Shown: piece by piece, positions 56,013-64,000 of the stretch
Numbering within the stretch: position 1 is the first letter of the stretch
How the letters are laid out: each line of letters begins with the position of its first letter
Virus record (IMG/VR): IMGVR_UViG_3300027833_000041
Origin: an uncultured virus (IMG/VR IMGVR_UViG_3300027833_000041)
Lineage: Duplodnaviria; Heunggongvirae; Uroviricota; Caudoviricetes
DNA length: 64,000 nucleotides
Direction: 5' to 3' (one strand)
Program-made: the position numbers and the translations under genes
The notes under the pieces: model-generated
What the model saw: only the letters and a program-made list of their open reading frames with translations
Told to the model about the DNA's origin: nothing
Database searches by the model: none

Positions 56013-56163
56013 ATTTGTTTATTTGCTCTATTAGTTCTTTATAAATTACTCTGCCGCGTACATTCCACGACCACTTAACCCATTTTTCTATCTTTCGCTC
56101 TGCGTACTTTTTCCTGGCGACTGCTTTTGTTTCTCCAGGATCAGTTGAATTGTTTCGTCGCAT
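55996..56163 (-). CDS. 55-aa basic hypothetical protein
   Basis: Translated by hand; fills the gap. Confidence 0.45.
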   Translation of the reverse strand: MRRNNSTDPGETKAVARKKYAERKIEKWVKWSWNVRGRVIYKELIEQINKYERKQ

Positions 56164-56570
56164 TCTTTCTGATTTTGTGGTTTATACAATGTGAACGGCT
56201 CTAGTTTGTTTTCAGCTATATATTTTTTAAAAAGCTTCCAGCGCATCGGAAATGATTCGTTAGCTCTACCTTTAGTTTCAATAATAAAGTGCTTGCCTAC
56301 GAAATCGGGGGTGTATTTAATATTGAGGATCTTTTTATTTCCTCTATTAGTAAATTCGCCTTTACCGTTCCCCGTCCGCTCGTAACTTTCAAATGGGAAA
56401 TCAAATGCTTGTTGCAATTCGAATGTTTCTCCTTCATATAACGCTGCTATTTTGGCTTTTCTTAAAGCCATGTACATATACTTTTCTAGCCCTGAGGCAA
56501 AGTTGATACCGTCATACGATACCTTCTTTGCTCTTACAGGTCCTTTCTTTCTACTATATTTCTTTTTCAT
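56088..56570 (-). CDS. Endonuclease I-like PD-(D/E)xK nuclease / Holliday junction resolvase
   Basis: FASGLE, YTPDF, IIETKG; start moved to 56570. Confidence 0.8.
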   Translation of the reverse strand: MKKKYSRKKGPVRAKKVSYDGINFASGLEKYMYMALRKAKIAALYEGETFELQQAFDFPFESYERTGNGKGEFTNRGNKKILNIKYTPDFVGKHFIIETKGRANESFPMRWKLFKKYIAENKLEPFTLYKPQNQKECDETIQLILEKQKQSPGKSTQSER

Positions 56571-56571
56571 A

Positions 56572-56817
56572 TTACTCCTCGGAGCTCGTTGCTTCATATT
56601 TTTCTTTAGCTTTTTGCAAATACAAGACGGCATCCATAAGTTCTTCTTGTAAATGATTTAGCCAAGCGAGCATCTCACTAGGGTCATCTTCGAGAGTAAC
56701 ACCGTATTTTTCATAGCCGACATTTGAACGGCCTACAAACTTTTGGCAGACACGACGCACAACAGGGTCGCGAAACTGCATTGGCACAATAGTGTCGTGT
56801 GATTTTATAGGTTTCAT
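56572..56817 (-). CDS. Small all-alpha NTP-pyrophosphatase-like protein
   Basis: KYGVTL...HLQEELMDAVLY. Confidence 0.55.
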   Translation of the reverse strand: MKPIKSHDTIVPMQFRDPVVRRVCQKFVGRSNVGYEKYGVTLEDDPSEMLAWLNHLQEELMDAVLYLQKAKEKYEATSSEE

Positions 56818-57650
56818 AGTGTATTGGTTTTAGATAGTAAGTAGTCAGAAAAAGAATTATTCTCTGGCATTGTTTGTTTTACAAACGACCCGTTAACCAT
56901 AGAGCCACGTCTATTAGAAATCTCATCGTAAGCAGACTCAATGCAATCTTCAATACGGACGCCTCCAAGGTGGGCAAGGTTGGTGAGCACAACAACGCAA
57001 TCGCCAATAGCATCAATAAACTCCTCGTTATCATTCCTAAGTACAGCTTGAGCAAGTTCTCCTGCTTCTTCATATAATTTAATTAATTGTGTTTTTGTAT
57101 CGCCTTTGGTATATATACCGCGCTCGTCCGCCCATCTGCGAATGTCGCCGTATATTGTATCGCCATGGTCTTCTTTTGAGTGCACAACACTATTGTGCCG
57201 CGCTTTGTCAAATTCAAACATGGCTTTATTATAAACATAACAGCGCTCTGAATTAAAGCGTGAGGTTAGTGCGTTGTCCACAATCCACTTTGATAATTCA
57301 ACGTCTAATGTAACGCGATGGCCTAATGGTGTTACCCAGCTTAAGCCTAATTCATCCATAAGTCGCCCTTTGAGTTTGTTTAATGGCACAGGGAATGTTG
57401 TTGTTTGATCGGTAATGTTTACTCTCATTTGTTTTGGTTTAAAAAGGTTTTTGTATAATTCAGTGTCAACTCTATAGCCGTAAGACTTTTGAAGTTCTAT
57501 CTCCAACTGTGATACCTCATCGATATCTTCACCCGTAAATAGAACTTCGTATTCGTCTGGAGCGTAGCCTTGCTGCTCCGTTACTCTCTTATTAAGATCA
57601 CGTGTTACGCCTATTTTTTTACCAGGTATGTGATAAATATAGTATGTCAT
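56814..57650 (-). CDS. GIY-YIG-like N-terminal domain fused to a MazG-like pyrophosphohydrolase
   Basis: YYIYH..KIGVT..R; KLYEEAGEL...DAIGD. Confidence 0.75.
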   Translation of the reverse strand: MTYYIYHIPGKKIGVTRDLNKRVTEQQGYAPDEYEVLFTGEDIDEVSQLEIELQKSYGYRVDTELYKNLFKPKQMRVNITDQTTTFPVPLNKLKGRLMDELGLSWVTPLGHRVTLDVELSKWIVDNALTSRFNSERCYVYNKAMFEFDKARHNSVVHSKEDHGDTIYGDIRRWADERGIYTKGDTKTQLIKLYEEAGELAQAVLRNDNEEFIDAIGDCVVVLTNLAHLGGVRIEDCIESAYDEISNRRGSMVNGSFVKQTMPENNSFSDYLLSKTNTL

Positions 57651-57656
57651 TTTGTC

Positions 57657-58481
57657 TTATTTGCCAACCGATAGCGGTGCTGGTATTGCAGGCTTAGGAT
57701 TGTAGTTTTTAATAGCTATATCGCTGAACTCCGGGATGATCACCTCGTTGTGCATTGTGCTATACATACCCTTGGCTAGTTCTAGTTCCGGCATATGCGG
57801 CGGCTGTACTCTAGCTAAGTATATTCTAGCTTGCTCTAAGTGATCGTTGTACAAATGGCAATCGCCAAGTTGCGCAATTAGTTTACCAGGTTTTAAATTG
57901 TTGCCTTTGGCAATCATTTCAAGTAGCAGACCGTACATTGCGATGTCATAGGGTAAACCTAGGAATACATCCGCCGAGCGTTGCTGCCACATTAAATCTA
58001 GCTCGCCATCGTTTACATACAGCTGAAAGCCGTAATGACACGGAGGCAATACCATATCTGGCATATCCGCGGGGTTCCAAGCATTAACTATCATACGGCG
58101 TGACGTAGGGTTGTTGCGTACGTCGTCCAATACATTAAACAATTGGTCGACACCGTTAAAGTCGCGCCATTGTTTGCCATATACAGGCCCTAGAGTCTCA
58201 TCAGAGCGTCCTGAGCGATCGTAATCTGCATTCCAGTATGTAACGCCGTTATCACGAAGATATTGCATGTCAGTGCGTCCGTTTGCAATCCACAGTAACT
58301 CGTGAACAGCCATCTTGTGGTACACGCGTTTGTTGGTTAACAAGGGAAAGCCTTCACTCATGTCGTGTATTAGCATCCTGCCAAATACAGAGCGCGTACC
58401 AGTACCTGTGCGATCGTCTTTCTTCTTAGCTAATAGCAGCTCTTGGATTAACGCTTTATACTGATTTTCGATGTTTGTCAT
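57657..58481 (-). CDS. thyA: Thymidylate synthase
   Basis: DRTGTGT, LPPCH, QRSADVFLGLPYD, GDCHLY; start moved to 58481. Confidence 0.97.
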   Translation of the reverse strand: MTNIENQYKALIQELLLAKKKDDRTGTGTRSVFGRMLIHDMSEGFPLLTNKRVYHKMAVHELLWIANGRTDMQYLRDNGVTYWNADYDRSGRSDETLGPVYGKQWRDFNGVDQLFNVLDDVRNNPTSRRMIVNAWNPADMPDMVLPPCHYGFQLYVNDGELDLMWQQRSADVFLGLPYDIAMYGLLLEMIAKGNNLKPGKLIAQLGDCHLYNDHLEQARIYLARVQPPHMPELELAKGMYSTMHNEVIIPEFSDIAIKNYNPKPAIPAPLSVGK

Positions 58482-58737
58482 AATAATATTTGTAGTATTT
58501 GTAAATTTGTGGCCATAGCTCTTTAGCGTCAAACGTATTTGGGCTTCGGCTTAAGCGGCCTTGAATAATAATGTCAATATAAAAGTTCTGCGGGTTTGTT
58601 TTCACTTTATCCGCAGCTAATGGCGCAACAACTATTTTGTTTTTCAAGCACCACACCATTGCCTCATACTCTTCTGGTGTGCGATAATAACTGCCAAAGT
58701 TTGTTTTCTTGCCTTTAGATTTGTTACCGCTACCCAT
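58456..58737 (-). CDS. Hypothetical protein
   Basis: ORF coupled to primase-helicase. Confidence 0.7.
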   Translation of the reverse strand: MGSGNKSKGKKTNFGSYYRTPEEYEAMVWCLKNKIVVAPLAADKVKTNPQNFYIDIIIQGRLSRSPNTFDAKELWPQIYKYYKYYYDKHRKSV

Positions 58738-60446
58738 TATTCCCAGGGCATTTTAGCATCGAGTAAGTCTGCAGGGTTATCTATAGACAAATAGTCACCA
58801 GAGTCTGGCTGCCATTTGAAATGCGCCTCCGCGCCATTCTCCCCAAGGTTTTGAAACTTAACCTTGAGCACTTTAGCTTTAACGGTCTTTGCTTCATAGT
58901 CTCTATGAATAAGCAAACCGTGGTAAGAGGCATCGTACCACTCACCACCACCTTTAATATTGTACATAGTTGGCTCCTCAATCTTACCATTTGCATCCTT
59001 ATACATTTTAGTAGGGTGCGCAACAACAATAACAAGCACGTCGTACTTTTTAGCAAACGTTTCTATTTTCTGCAGATACTCAAGAGTATATACATTAACA
59101 TCACCTGACTGGTCGTTCGATCTTACTTTATTAAACGGGTCAATAACCAAGCACTTAATCCCTTTGCGCTTTACTAGCTCAGCACCTTTCTTTAACACTG
59201 CTTCAAGCGTGTAGCGCTCCATATCTATATGGAAGAAGTTAGTATTGCAGTGATCGGCTATTTGGTTCCATCTATCGCTGTATATATCAGCAGCGGTTGG
59301 CATTCCACCCCAGCATTTACGCATTAGCTTGTGAGCATGCAAATACGTCGGTTGGTTTTCTGGTGAGGCAAATGCTGTTTTCCATTCATAATTGCGGTTG
59401 TAACCAACAACCATTCGGTCTACAAAATCTGACTTGCCACTGGAAGGTATGCCCGTAACAGTAATAAACTGCCCAGTGTAAGTGCTGAAGATATCATCGA
59501 AGTTGCTAAGGCCAACTTGAAAACCGGGCTTGAAGCCATTGCGAACGAAGTCCGTGATTTCGTCTTCGATGTCACGGAAGGTTGTGACGTTTTCAAGCGG
59601 AACGGGCTTTGCATTCGTAATTCTAGATACGAGTTTTTCTGGTCCATGCTTTATTAAATATTCATTAGCGTCCTTACAATCGTCAAACGTAGCTAAAAAA
59701 CAAACTTCAGAGCCTAATCTACGAATAAGCTCGGTTTGTAGTGCAATTCCTGCTTCGTCTGAGTCGGTAGCAAGTATGATTTTCTCCTTATCTTCGAAGT
59801 AATCAATACAAGCATCTAAGTAATCTAAATTGTTAGTATTAAGTGTAGCGCCATTAGGCACTGATATTACATTGCTAATACCAGCTTCGTGCAACGCTAA
59901 CACATCCATTTCTCCTTCTACAAGGATACAATACTCGTAACCTACAATACTATCTATATTGTAAAATACTTTCTCAGCACCCTTATATAATTTAAAGTTC
60001 TTTCTCCCATCACGATACTTAACATTGATTAAGTCGTCGCCCATGAAATAATTGAACTTTATAACATTCTCGGCTTTACCGGTCTGTGGCATATATTCAC
60101 TGCCTTCAGTAACACGTAGCTCGTGTAACGTTTTGCGGGATATACCCCTTGTCTTAAACCACTCTTCTACTTTCGTACCAACCTCCTGAACAACAAAGGT
60201 TTCAGGTTTGACATATGTCTTTTCTGATTTGCCTTTGCGTTCATAGGTGTGTAACTGAAATGATTTATCACAGTTGTGACAAGTACCGAGACCACGTTCC
60301 CAATCATAAGAAGCGCATTTTTGCTTCTGATTTTCAGGTTTTCTTGTAGAAGAACACAGAGGACAAGTCCCCTGCGTTTTACCTTCATCAAGACCATGTT
60401 GATTGAACGTGTCAATCACAAATCCATTGATCTCTACTGTCTGCAT
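58737..60446 (-). CDS. T7 gp4/Twinkle-like primase-helicase
   Basis: Zn finger CPLC..CHNC, TOPRIM EGEMD/DSD, Walker A GIPSSGKS. Confidence 0.92.
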   Translation of the reverse strand: MQTVEINGFVIDTFNQHGLDEGKTQGTCPLCSSTRKPENQKQKCASYDWERGLGTCHNCDKSFQLHTYERKGKSEKTYVKPETFVVQEVGTKVEEWFKTRGISRKTLHELRVTEGSEYMPQTGKAENVIKFNYFMGDDLINVKYRDGRKNFKLYKGAEKVFYNIDSIVGYEYCILVEGEMDVLALHEAGISNVISVPNGATLNTNNLDYLDACIDYFEDKEKIILATDSDEAGIALQTELIRRLGSEVCFLATFDDCKDANEYLIKHGPEKLVSRITNAKPVPLENVTTFRDIEDEITDFVRNGFKPGFQVGLSNFDDIFSTYTGQFITVTGIPSSGKSDFVDRMVVGYNRNYEWKTAFASPENQPTYLHAHKLMRKCWGGMPTAADIYSDRWNQIADHCNTNFFHIDMERYTLEAVLKKGAELVKRKGIKCLVIDPFNKVRSNDQSGDVNVYTLEYLQKIETFAKKYDVLVIVVAHPTKMYKDANGKIEEPTMYNIKGGGEWYDASYHGLLIHRDYEAKTVKAKVLKVKFQNLGENGAEAHFKWQPDSGDYLSIDNPADLLDAKMPWE

Positions 60447-60546
60447 TATATTAAATTGCGGATTTAATTAATATTAGTCCTCTACTGAGGTTACGTTGCC
60501 ATCTTTATCGTACGAAATGTTTACAAAATCTTCTTCGTACATATGA

Positions 60547-60867
60547 TTAAAATGGTAGATCATCAACAGCTGCCGCTTGCGGTGGAGGTGGCGGTGCCAT
60601 TCCCCCTGGTTGATCAGTTCTAGGCGCGGCGTCTACGTTTTGGCCGTTTGACCATACAACTTTAGCATTACCTAAATAAACCTTCGGCATTTTAGCCTCG
60701 CGTTCTTCTTTAGACTGCTCGATGATTAGCGGTCCTTGATTACCAAACTGGTCAACTTCATCGTTGAGCGTAATGGTTAGTGGTAAATACTTACCTTTCT
60801 TGCCTTCGATGATCTTTGATTTGTCGATCATGTTGAGGTTGATGCTTGCTTTAATAATTGATGCCAT
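60547..60867 (-). CDS. Putative single-stranded DNA-binding protein
   Basis: Beta-rich core, Pro linker, DDLPF tail. Confidence 0.7.
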   Translation of the reverse strand: MASIIKASINLNMIDKSKIIEGKKGKYLPLTITLNDEVDQFGNQGPLIIEQSKEEREAKMPKVYLGNAKVVWSNGQNVDAAPRTDQPGGMAPPPPPQAAAVDDLPF

Positions 60868-60869
60868 AC

Positions 60870-61601
60870 TTATAATGTTTGGTTAATAAAATAGTTTCTT
60901 GGTTCAAATTCTGGGTTGTCATAAAATAACTTGTAAGCTTCAATAGCACGTTCGACTTTCTCTTTGCCACGCTCAATGAACTGCGGTGAGCAATCGAATA
61001 TACCTATTTGGTGCGTCTTCTTATCAATCGCAACGAAGACCATATCGTAACCGAATATCTTTTGGTAGATATACGCTTGGCTGTCGTAGTTGTACTTCGA
61101 AGCCGACCATCTGAAGTCGTCCAGCTTAGCTGTTGTCTTCAAGTCAACGATTAGTCCGTCGTCACGGTTGATAATATCCGCTTTGCCTTTCCAAGCAATA
61201 CCGTCGATTTCTGTGATACCAGGTAACTCGTATTCACCATCGATCGGCCGGATCAAGCCTCGGCATACATCATTAGCGAGCACTTTGTCAATCATCACTT
61301 CAAGTTGGTCAACCTCATGTTGCAGCAAACACATTTCGCCGTTTGAGATTTCTTTATACTTTTTAGTGTTTCTTGTTGAAGACTCTATAATCTTGTATTT
61401 CTTAAGCTTGTTAGGTTCAAGAATGGCAGTGTGAAAATAACCACCAACCAAGAACGCTGGTACTTGTTCTCTCGGTTTACCAAGAGCTAACGGATCTCGA
61501 AGCAACGTGGAGATGTCGCTGTTACTTAGGAATTTTTTACCAAAGTCCCCGTAGTAATGCTCGTCTTCACGTAGCTTGTCAATCGCTTCTTTGTCTATCA
61601 T
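60870..61601 (-). CDS. PD-(D/E)xK exonuclease (RecE/ExoVIII-like)
   Basis: LSNS, FHTAILEP, KGKAD, IVDLKT, YDSQAYIY. Confidence 0.85.
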   Translation of the reverse strand: MIDKEAIDKLREDEHYYGDFGKKFLSNSDISTLLRDPLALGKPREQVPAFLVGGYFHTAILEPNKLKKYKIIESSTRNTKKYKEISNGEMCLLQHEVDQLEVMIDKVLANDVCRGLIRPIDGEYELPGITEIDGIAWKGKADIINRDDGLIVDLKTTAKLDDFRWSASKYNYDSQAYIYQKIFGYDMVFVAIDKKTHQIGIFDCSPQFIERGKEKVERAIEAYKLFYDNPEFEPRNYFINQTL

Positions 61602-62140
61602 AATGTTGTTAATAGTTTTTCAACGTCAGGGGATAAGTCGTACTTTGCTTTGATAGCTTCTAACTTACCCCCTCCTTTTACATACTCCATTGCCTTAGTG
61701 AATGCAGCATCCGATGATGAAGTTATCTTAGCTTTTGGTTTGGCAGCTTTGCCGTGGCTATTACCAGCGTCAGAGTCTTGTGTGTCGTCGATAAGGAATA
61801 GGTTGCCAAGGGCATACTTTTTCCCGTACGATGATGCTGAACCGAACTTTTGAGGCATTTGCATACCTTTCTGATCGAGGTCAACACCAACGACAGCTGT
61901 GGCGTGTATAGCACTTTCGCCGTCGGTCACCGTAGCTTTGCTCTCCACAATAGGGAAAGGCTCGGCTGCAATGATGGACTCACTGACTGTTACACTAACT
62001 CCTAACTCTAATAGATAGGGCTTTGTAGCTTCTAGGATATCTTCAGCACTACGAAAGTAGTACTTACCAAAGGAATTGTAACGCGACTTTTTGGATTTGA
62101 ACTTGGTTTGAATAGTCGCAAGTTTCTCATTTAAGGTCAT
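61598..62140 (-). CDS. ERF-family single-strand annealing protein
   Basis: YYFRSAEDI, QKFGSASSYGKKYAL...DSD. Confidence 0.85.
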   Translation of the reverse strand: MTLNEKLATIQTKFKSKKSRYNSFGKYYFRSAEDILEATKPYLLELGVSVTVSESIIAAEPFPIVESKATVTDGESAIHATAVVGVDLDQKGMQMPQKFGSASSYGKKYALGNLFLIDDTQDSDAGNSHGKAAKPKAKITSSSDAAFTKAMEYVKGGGKLEAIKAKYDLSPDVEKLLTTL

Positions 62141-62212
62141 AAGGTATATGGTGTTTGTTATTAATATAATTACGCATGTTGTTACTGAGTTAATTAGTAT
62201 TTAGTGCTTAAA

Positions 62213-62968
62213 TTACAGAAAATCAAGCACTTGAGAAGAATCGGTGGATGCTATCAACTTGTCAATAGCGTCCTTCTTTATTTGCGAAATACGCACATTA
62301 GCGGTAGCAACACTGATACCTACTTGACTAGCGATCTGCGACGCAGGTAATTTTTGGCTGTCCAATCCGTAAGATAAGCGTAATACATCATATTGTACCG
62401 GTGTTAAATGCTCGCGCATTAAACCTAGCAAGTATGAATTCATTATTGTAATATTGTACGCTTCGTTTGTATCTGCAACCTGCATAAATGGATTATCCTC
62501 GTTGCTGAAGTGTGCATCGATGCTGGAGAACACGCTGTTAAAGAACAATGCAACCATAGCGTCATCATCCGGGTTCTTGCGTATCTCATTTAGTTTATGC
62601 TCGGGGATGCGTACGTCGCCCCTATTAATATCAATAGCGCGGCGTATCGCTCCCTTTATTCTTTTAGATAGGAATGACTTAATTGTTTTTTCAGGGTCTT
62701 CAGAATCGAGTATCTTGTCCCAGCTAATTTTGTCGACAGCGGCAACTAAGCCGTAATTACCCTCCTGTATTAAATCATTTATGCTCATAACGCCGGACGC
62801 TTGGTCTGATGTAGAAAACTTTCTCGCTAAGTTCTCAACCAATGGCATAAACTGCGCTACAAGTTGATCGCGTGACATATCGCCCCACTCTAAATTTTCA
62901 TTACGCAAGAGCACTGTTTCTAAATCAGTCTTGTATCTGACGTAATTTTGTATGTTGTATTTTTTCAT
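62213..62968 (-). CDS. Phage-encoded sigma-70-family factor
   Basis: Region 2 DLIQEGNYGL...VRIP; region 4 HTH VLRLSYGL...RISQIKKDAIDKL. Confidence 0.9.
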   Translation of the reverse strand: MKKYNIQNYVRYKTDLETVLLRNENLEWGDMSRDQLVAQFMPLVENLARKFSTSDQASGVMSINDLIQEGNYGLVAAVDKISWDKILDSEDPEKTIKSFLSKRIKGAIRRAIDINRGDVRIPEHKLNEIRKNPDDDAMVALFFNSVFSSIDAHFSNEDNPFMQVADTNEAYNITIMNSYLLGLMREHLTPVQYDVLRLSYGLDSQKLPASQIASQVGISVATANVRISQIKKDAIDKLIASTDSSQVLDFL

Positions 62969-63588
62969 TATAGTTCTTGGTTAAGCAGTTGCTTTTCTTT
63001 TTTAAGTTCTGTACTCATGTTGCGGTGGATAGTTCTAGTAGAACAACCCAATCGCCCTGCAATTGATTTTATGGTGAGCTTTTCACCAGCGTCGTGCATA
63101 AATAACATAGCGTCGTATATTTCCGCCTCGGATAGCTTTTGCTTTCCTACCATGCTGCCTACAATACTTAACTTCTCGTTAAGTGACAACCCACAATTGT
63201 CTTTAAATATAATTTTTCTAACTTTGTTAGCGGGTGGTCGTTCGAGGTCTTGCATAGATACATCGTATACCATGCTTTCAATAAGTGCATCAGAGACGTT
63301 AAAGGTAACAAAACCGTTTTCTTTAGAGCAAAGATATTGAGTTAATGTTATAAATTCGTCCTGATCCAATGCGTCGTTGAGGTACCACAATACATACAAG
63401 TGCCACTTCAGCGATTTGTATGTGTTGATTTTAGCTTTCGTTTGAAACAAAGCGTAGCACTCGTGCGTACCTGTTTCGTAAAAGTTACCCCATTCAAATT
63501 TAGCTGAAGGCTTGTCGGTAATTGGATTGCGGCGGTATATTATGCGCTTATCATTTAAGTACTTCATATTCCGTTCATACTGTGACAT
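62968..63588 (-). CDS. DNA-binding protein with C-terminal HTH (regulator or replication initiator)
   Basis: LTIKSIAGRLGCSTRTIHRNM. Confidence 0.7.
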   Translation of the reverse strand: MSQYERNMKYLNDKRIIYRRNPITDKPSAKFEWGNFYETGTHECYALFQTKAKINTYKSLKWHLYVLWYLNDALDQDEFITLTQYLCSKENGFVTFNVSDALIESMVYDVSMQDLERPPANKVRKIIFKDNCGLSLNEKLSIVGSMVGKQKLSEAEIYDAMLFMHDAGEKLTIKSIAGRLGCSTRTIHRNMSTELKKEKQLLNQEL

Positions 63589-63626
63589 TAGCCTGTTACT
63601 ATTATATCATTATAAGCTACCGTCGC
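63582..63626. promoter_or_regulatory. Palindromic site C, overlapping the HTH gene start codon
   Basis: GTGACATTAGC-N23-GCTACCGTCGC; CAT at 63586-63588. Confidence 0.7.
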
Positions 63627-63709
63627 GTTCTTCCGAACCCAAGGTGGCATATATAACTTGATCATCATTATTTTGAGCAAGCTCGTTCATTACTTTAATT
63701 AGGTATTGG

Positions 63710-64000
63710 TTACATACAGCTGTTGGCATATCTAGTTATTTTAGTTTCGTTAGCATTAGCTACGGTATGCTTTTCAGCTTCGTAGTAGTTCCAGTAAGCG
63801 TCAACCGAGCATTCTGATTTGTATTCATCAGGCATGCATTGTGGCGGCTGTTGCCATTCTTGAGATGGAATGCCAGGCGGCAAATCCATTAGCGTGTTGT
63901 AGCACTTTTCAATTGTCAAGTGCTTCTTACCATAGCGCCGCGTGTACTCGTTTCCGAGTGCAATCATATGTTCATATAACCAAAGGTAAGCGAGGTCGTT
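63710..64000 (-). CDS. Pyrimidine-dimer DNA glycosylase (DenV/endonuclease V)-like protein, 5-prime truncated
   Basis: LGNEYTRRYGKKH...PPQCMPDEYK...AYWNYY; frame is open to the window end. Confidence 0.65.
   Translation of the reverse strand, partial: NDLAYLWLYEHMIALGNEYTRRYGKKHLTIEKCYNTLMDLPPGIPSQEWQQPPQCMPDEYKSECSVDAYWNYYEAEKHTVANANETKITRYANSCM

Noticed and set aside
1..64000. Stop-codon reassignment as in some crAss-like phages
   Set aside because: Long genes are intact in code 11; TAG (16935, 49971) and TGA end genes at coupled junctions
1..64000. tRNA genes, integrase, DNA polymerase, introns or inteins
   Set aside because: None recognised by eye; terminase, NrdA and helicase are uninterrupted; a polymerase may lie outside the window

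Overview
A 64-kb stretch of a lytic, podovirus-like dsDNA tailed phage that probably infects marine Bacteroidota (Flavobacteriia). It resembles, from recall, the Cellulophaga phi38:1-like/crAss-related lineages: A-rich leaders without Shine-Dalgarno sites, many overlapping TAATG/ATGA junctions, and genetic code 11. There are three blocks. (1) 1-6.1 kb, minus strand: small early genes organised as cassettes. Nine carry a conserved 34-bp promoter-like site, and four junctions at the far left share a different 27-bp repeat. (2) 6.6-53.0 kb, plus strand: tail fibres with 21 GNVGIGT modules, three LamG paralogues, putative holin, GroEL/GroES, terminase, portal, scaffold, major capsid, tail and ejection proteins, M15 endolysin, an exported thioredoxin-like plus beta-barrel pair, and small basic SPxK proteins. 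(3) 53.0-64 kb, minus strand: NrdA/NrdB, endonuclease, MazG-like proteins, ThyA, primase-helicase, SSB-like protein, exonuclease, ERF recombinase, sigma-70-family factor, HTH protein and a DenV-like glycosylase. The divergence point at 6.1-6.6 kb has a strand-biased CAG hexamer array and one of three 44-45-bp palindromic sites; another copy covers the start codon of the HTH gene. All calls come from reading motifs by eye; no database search was run.
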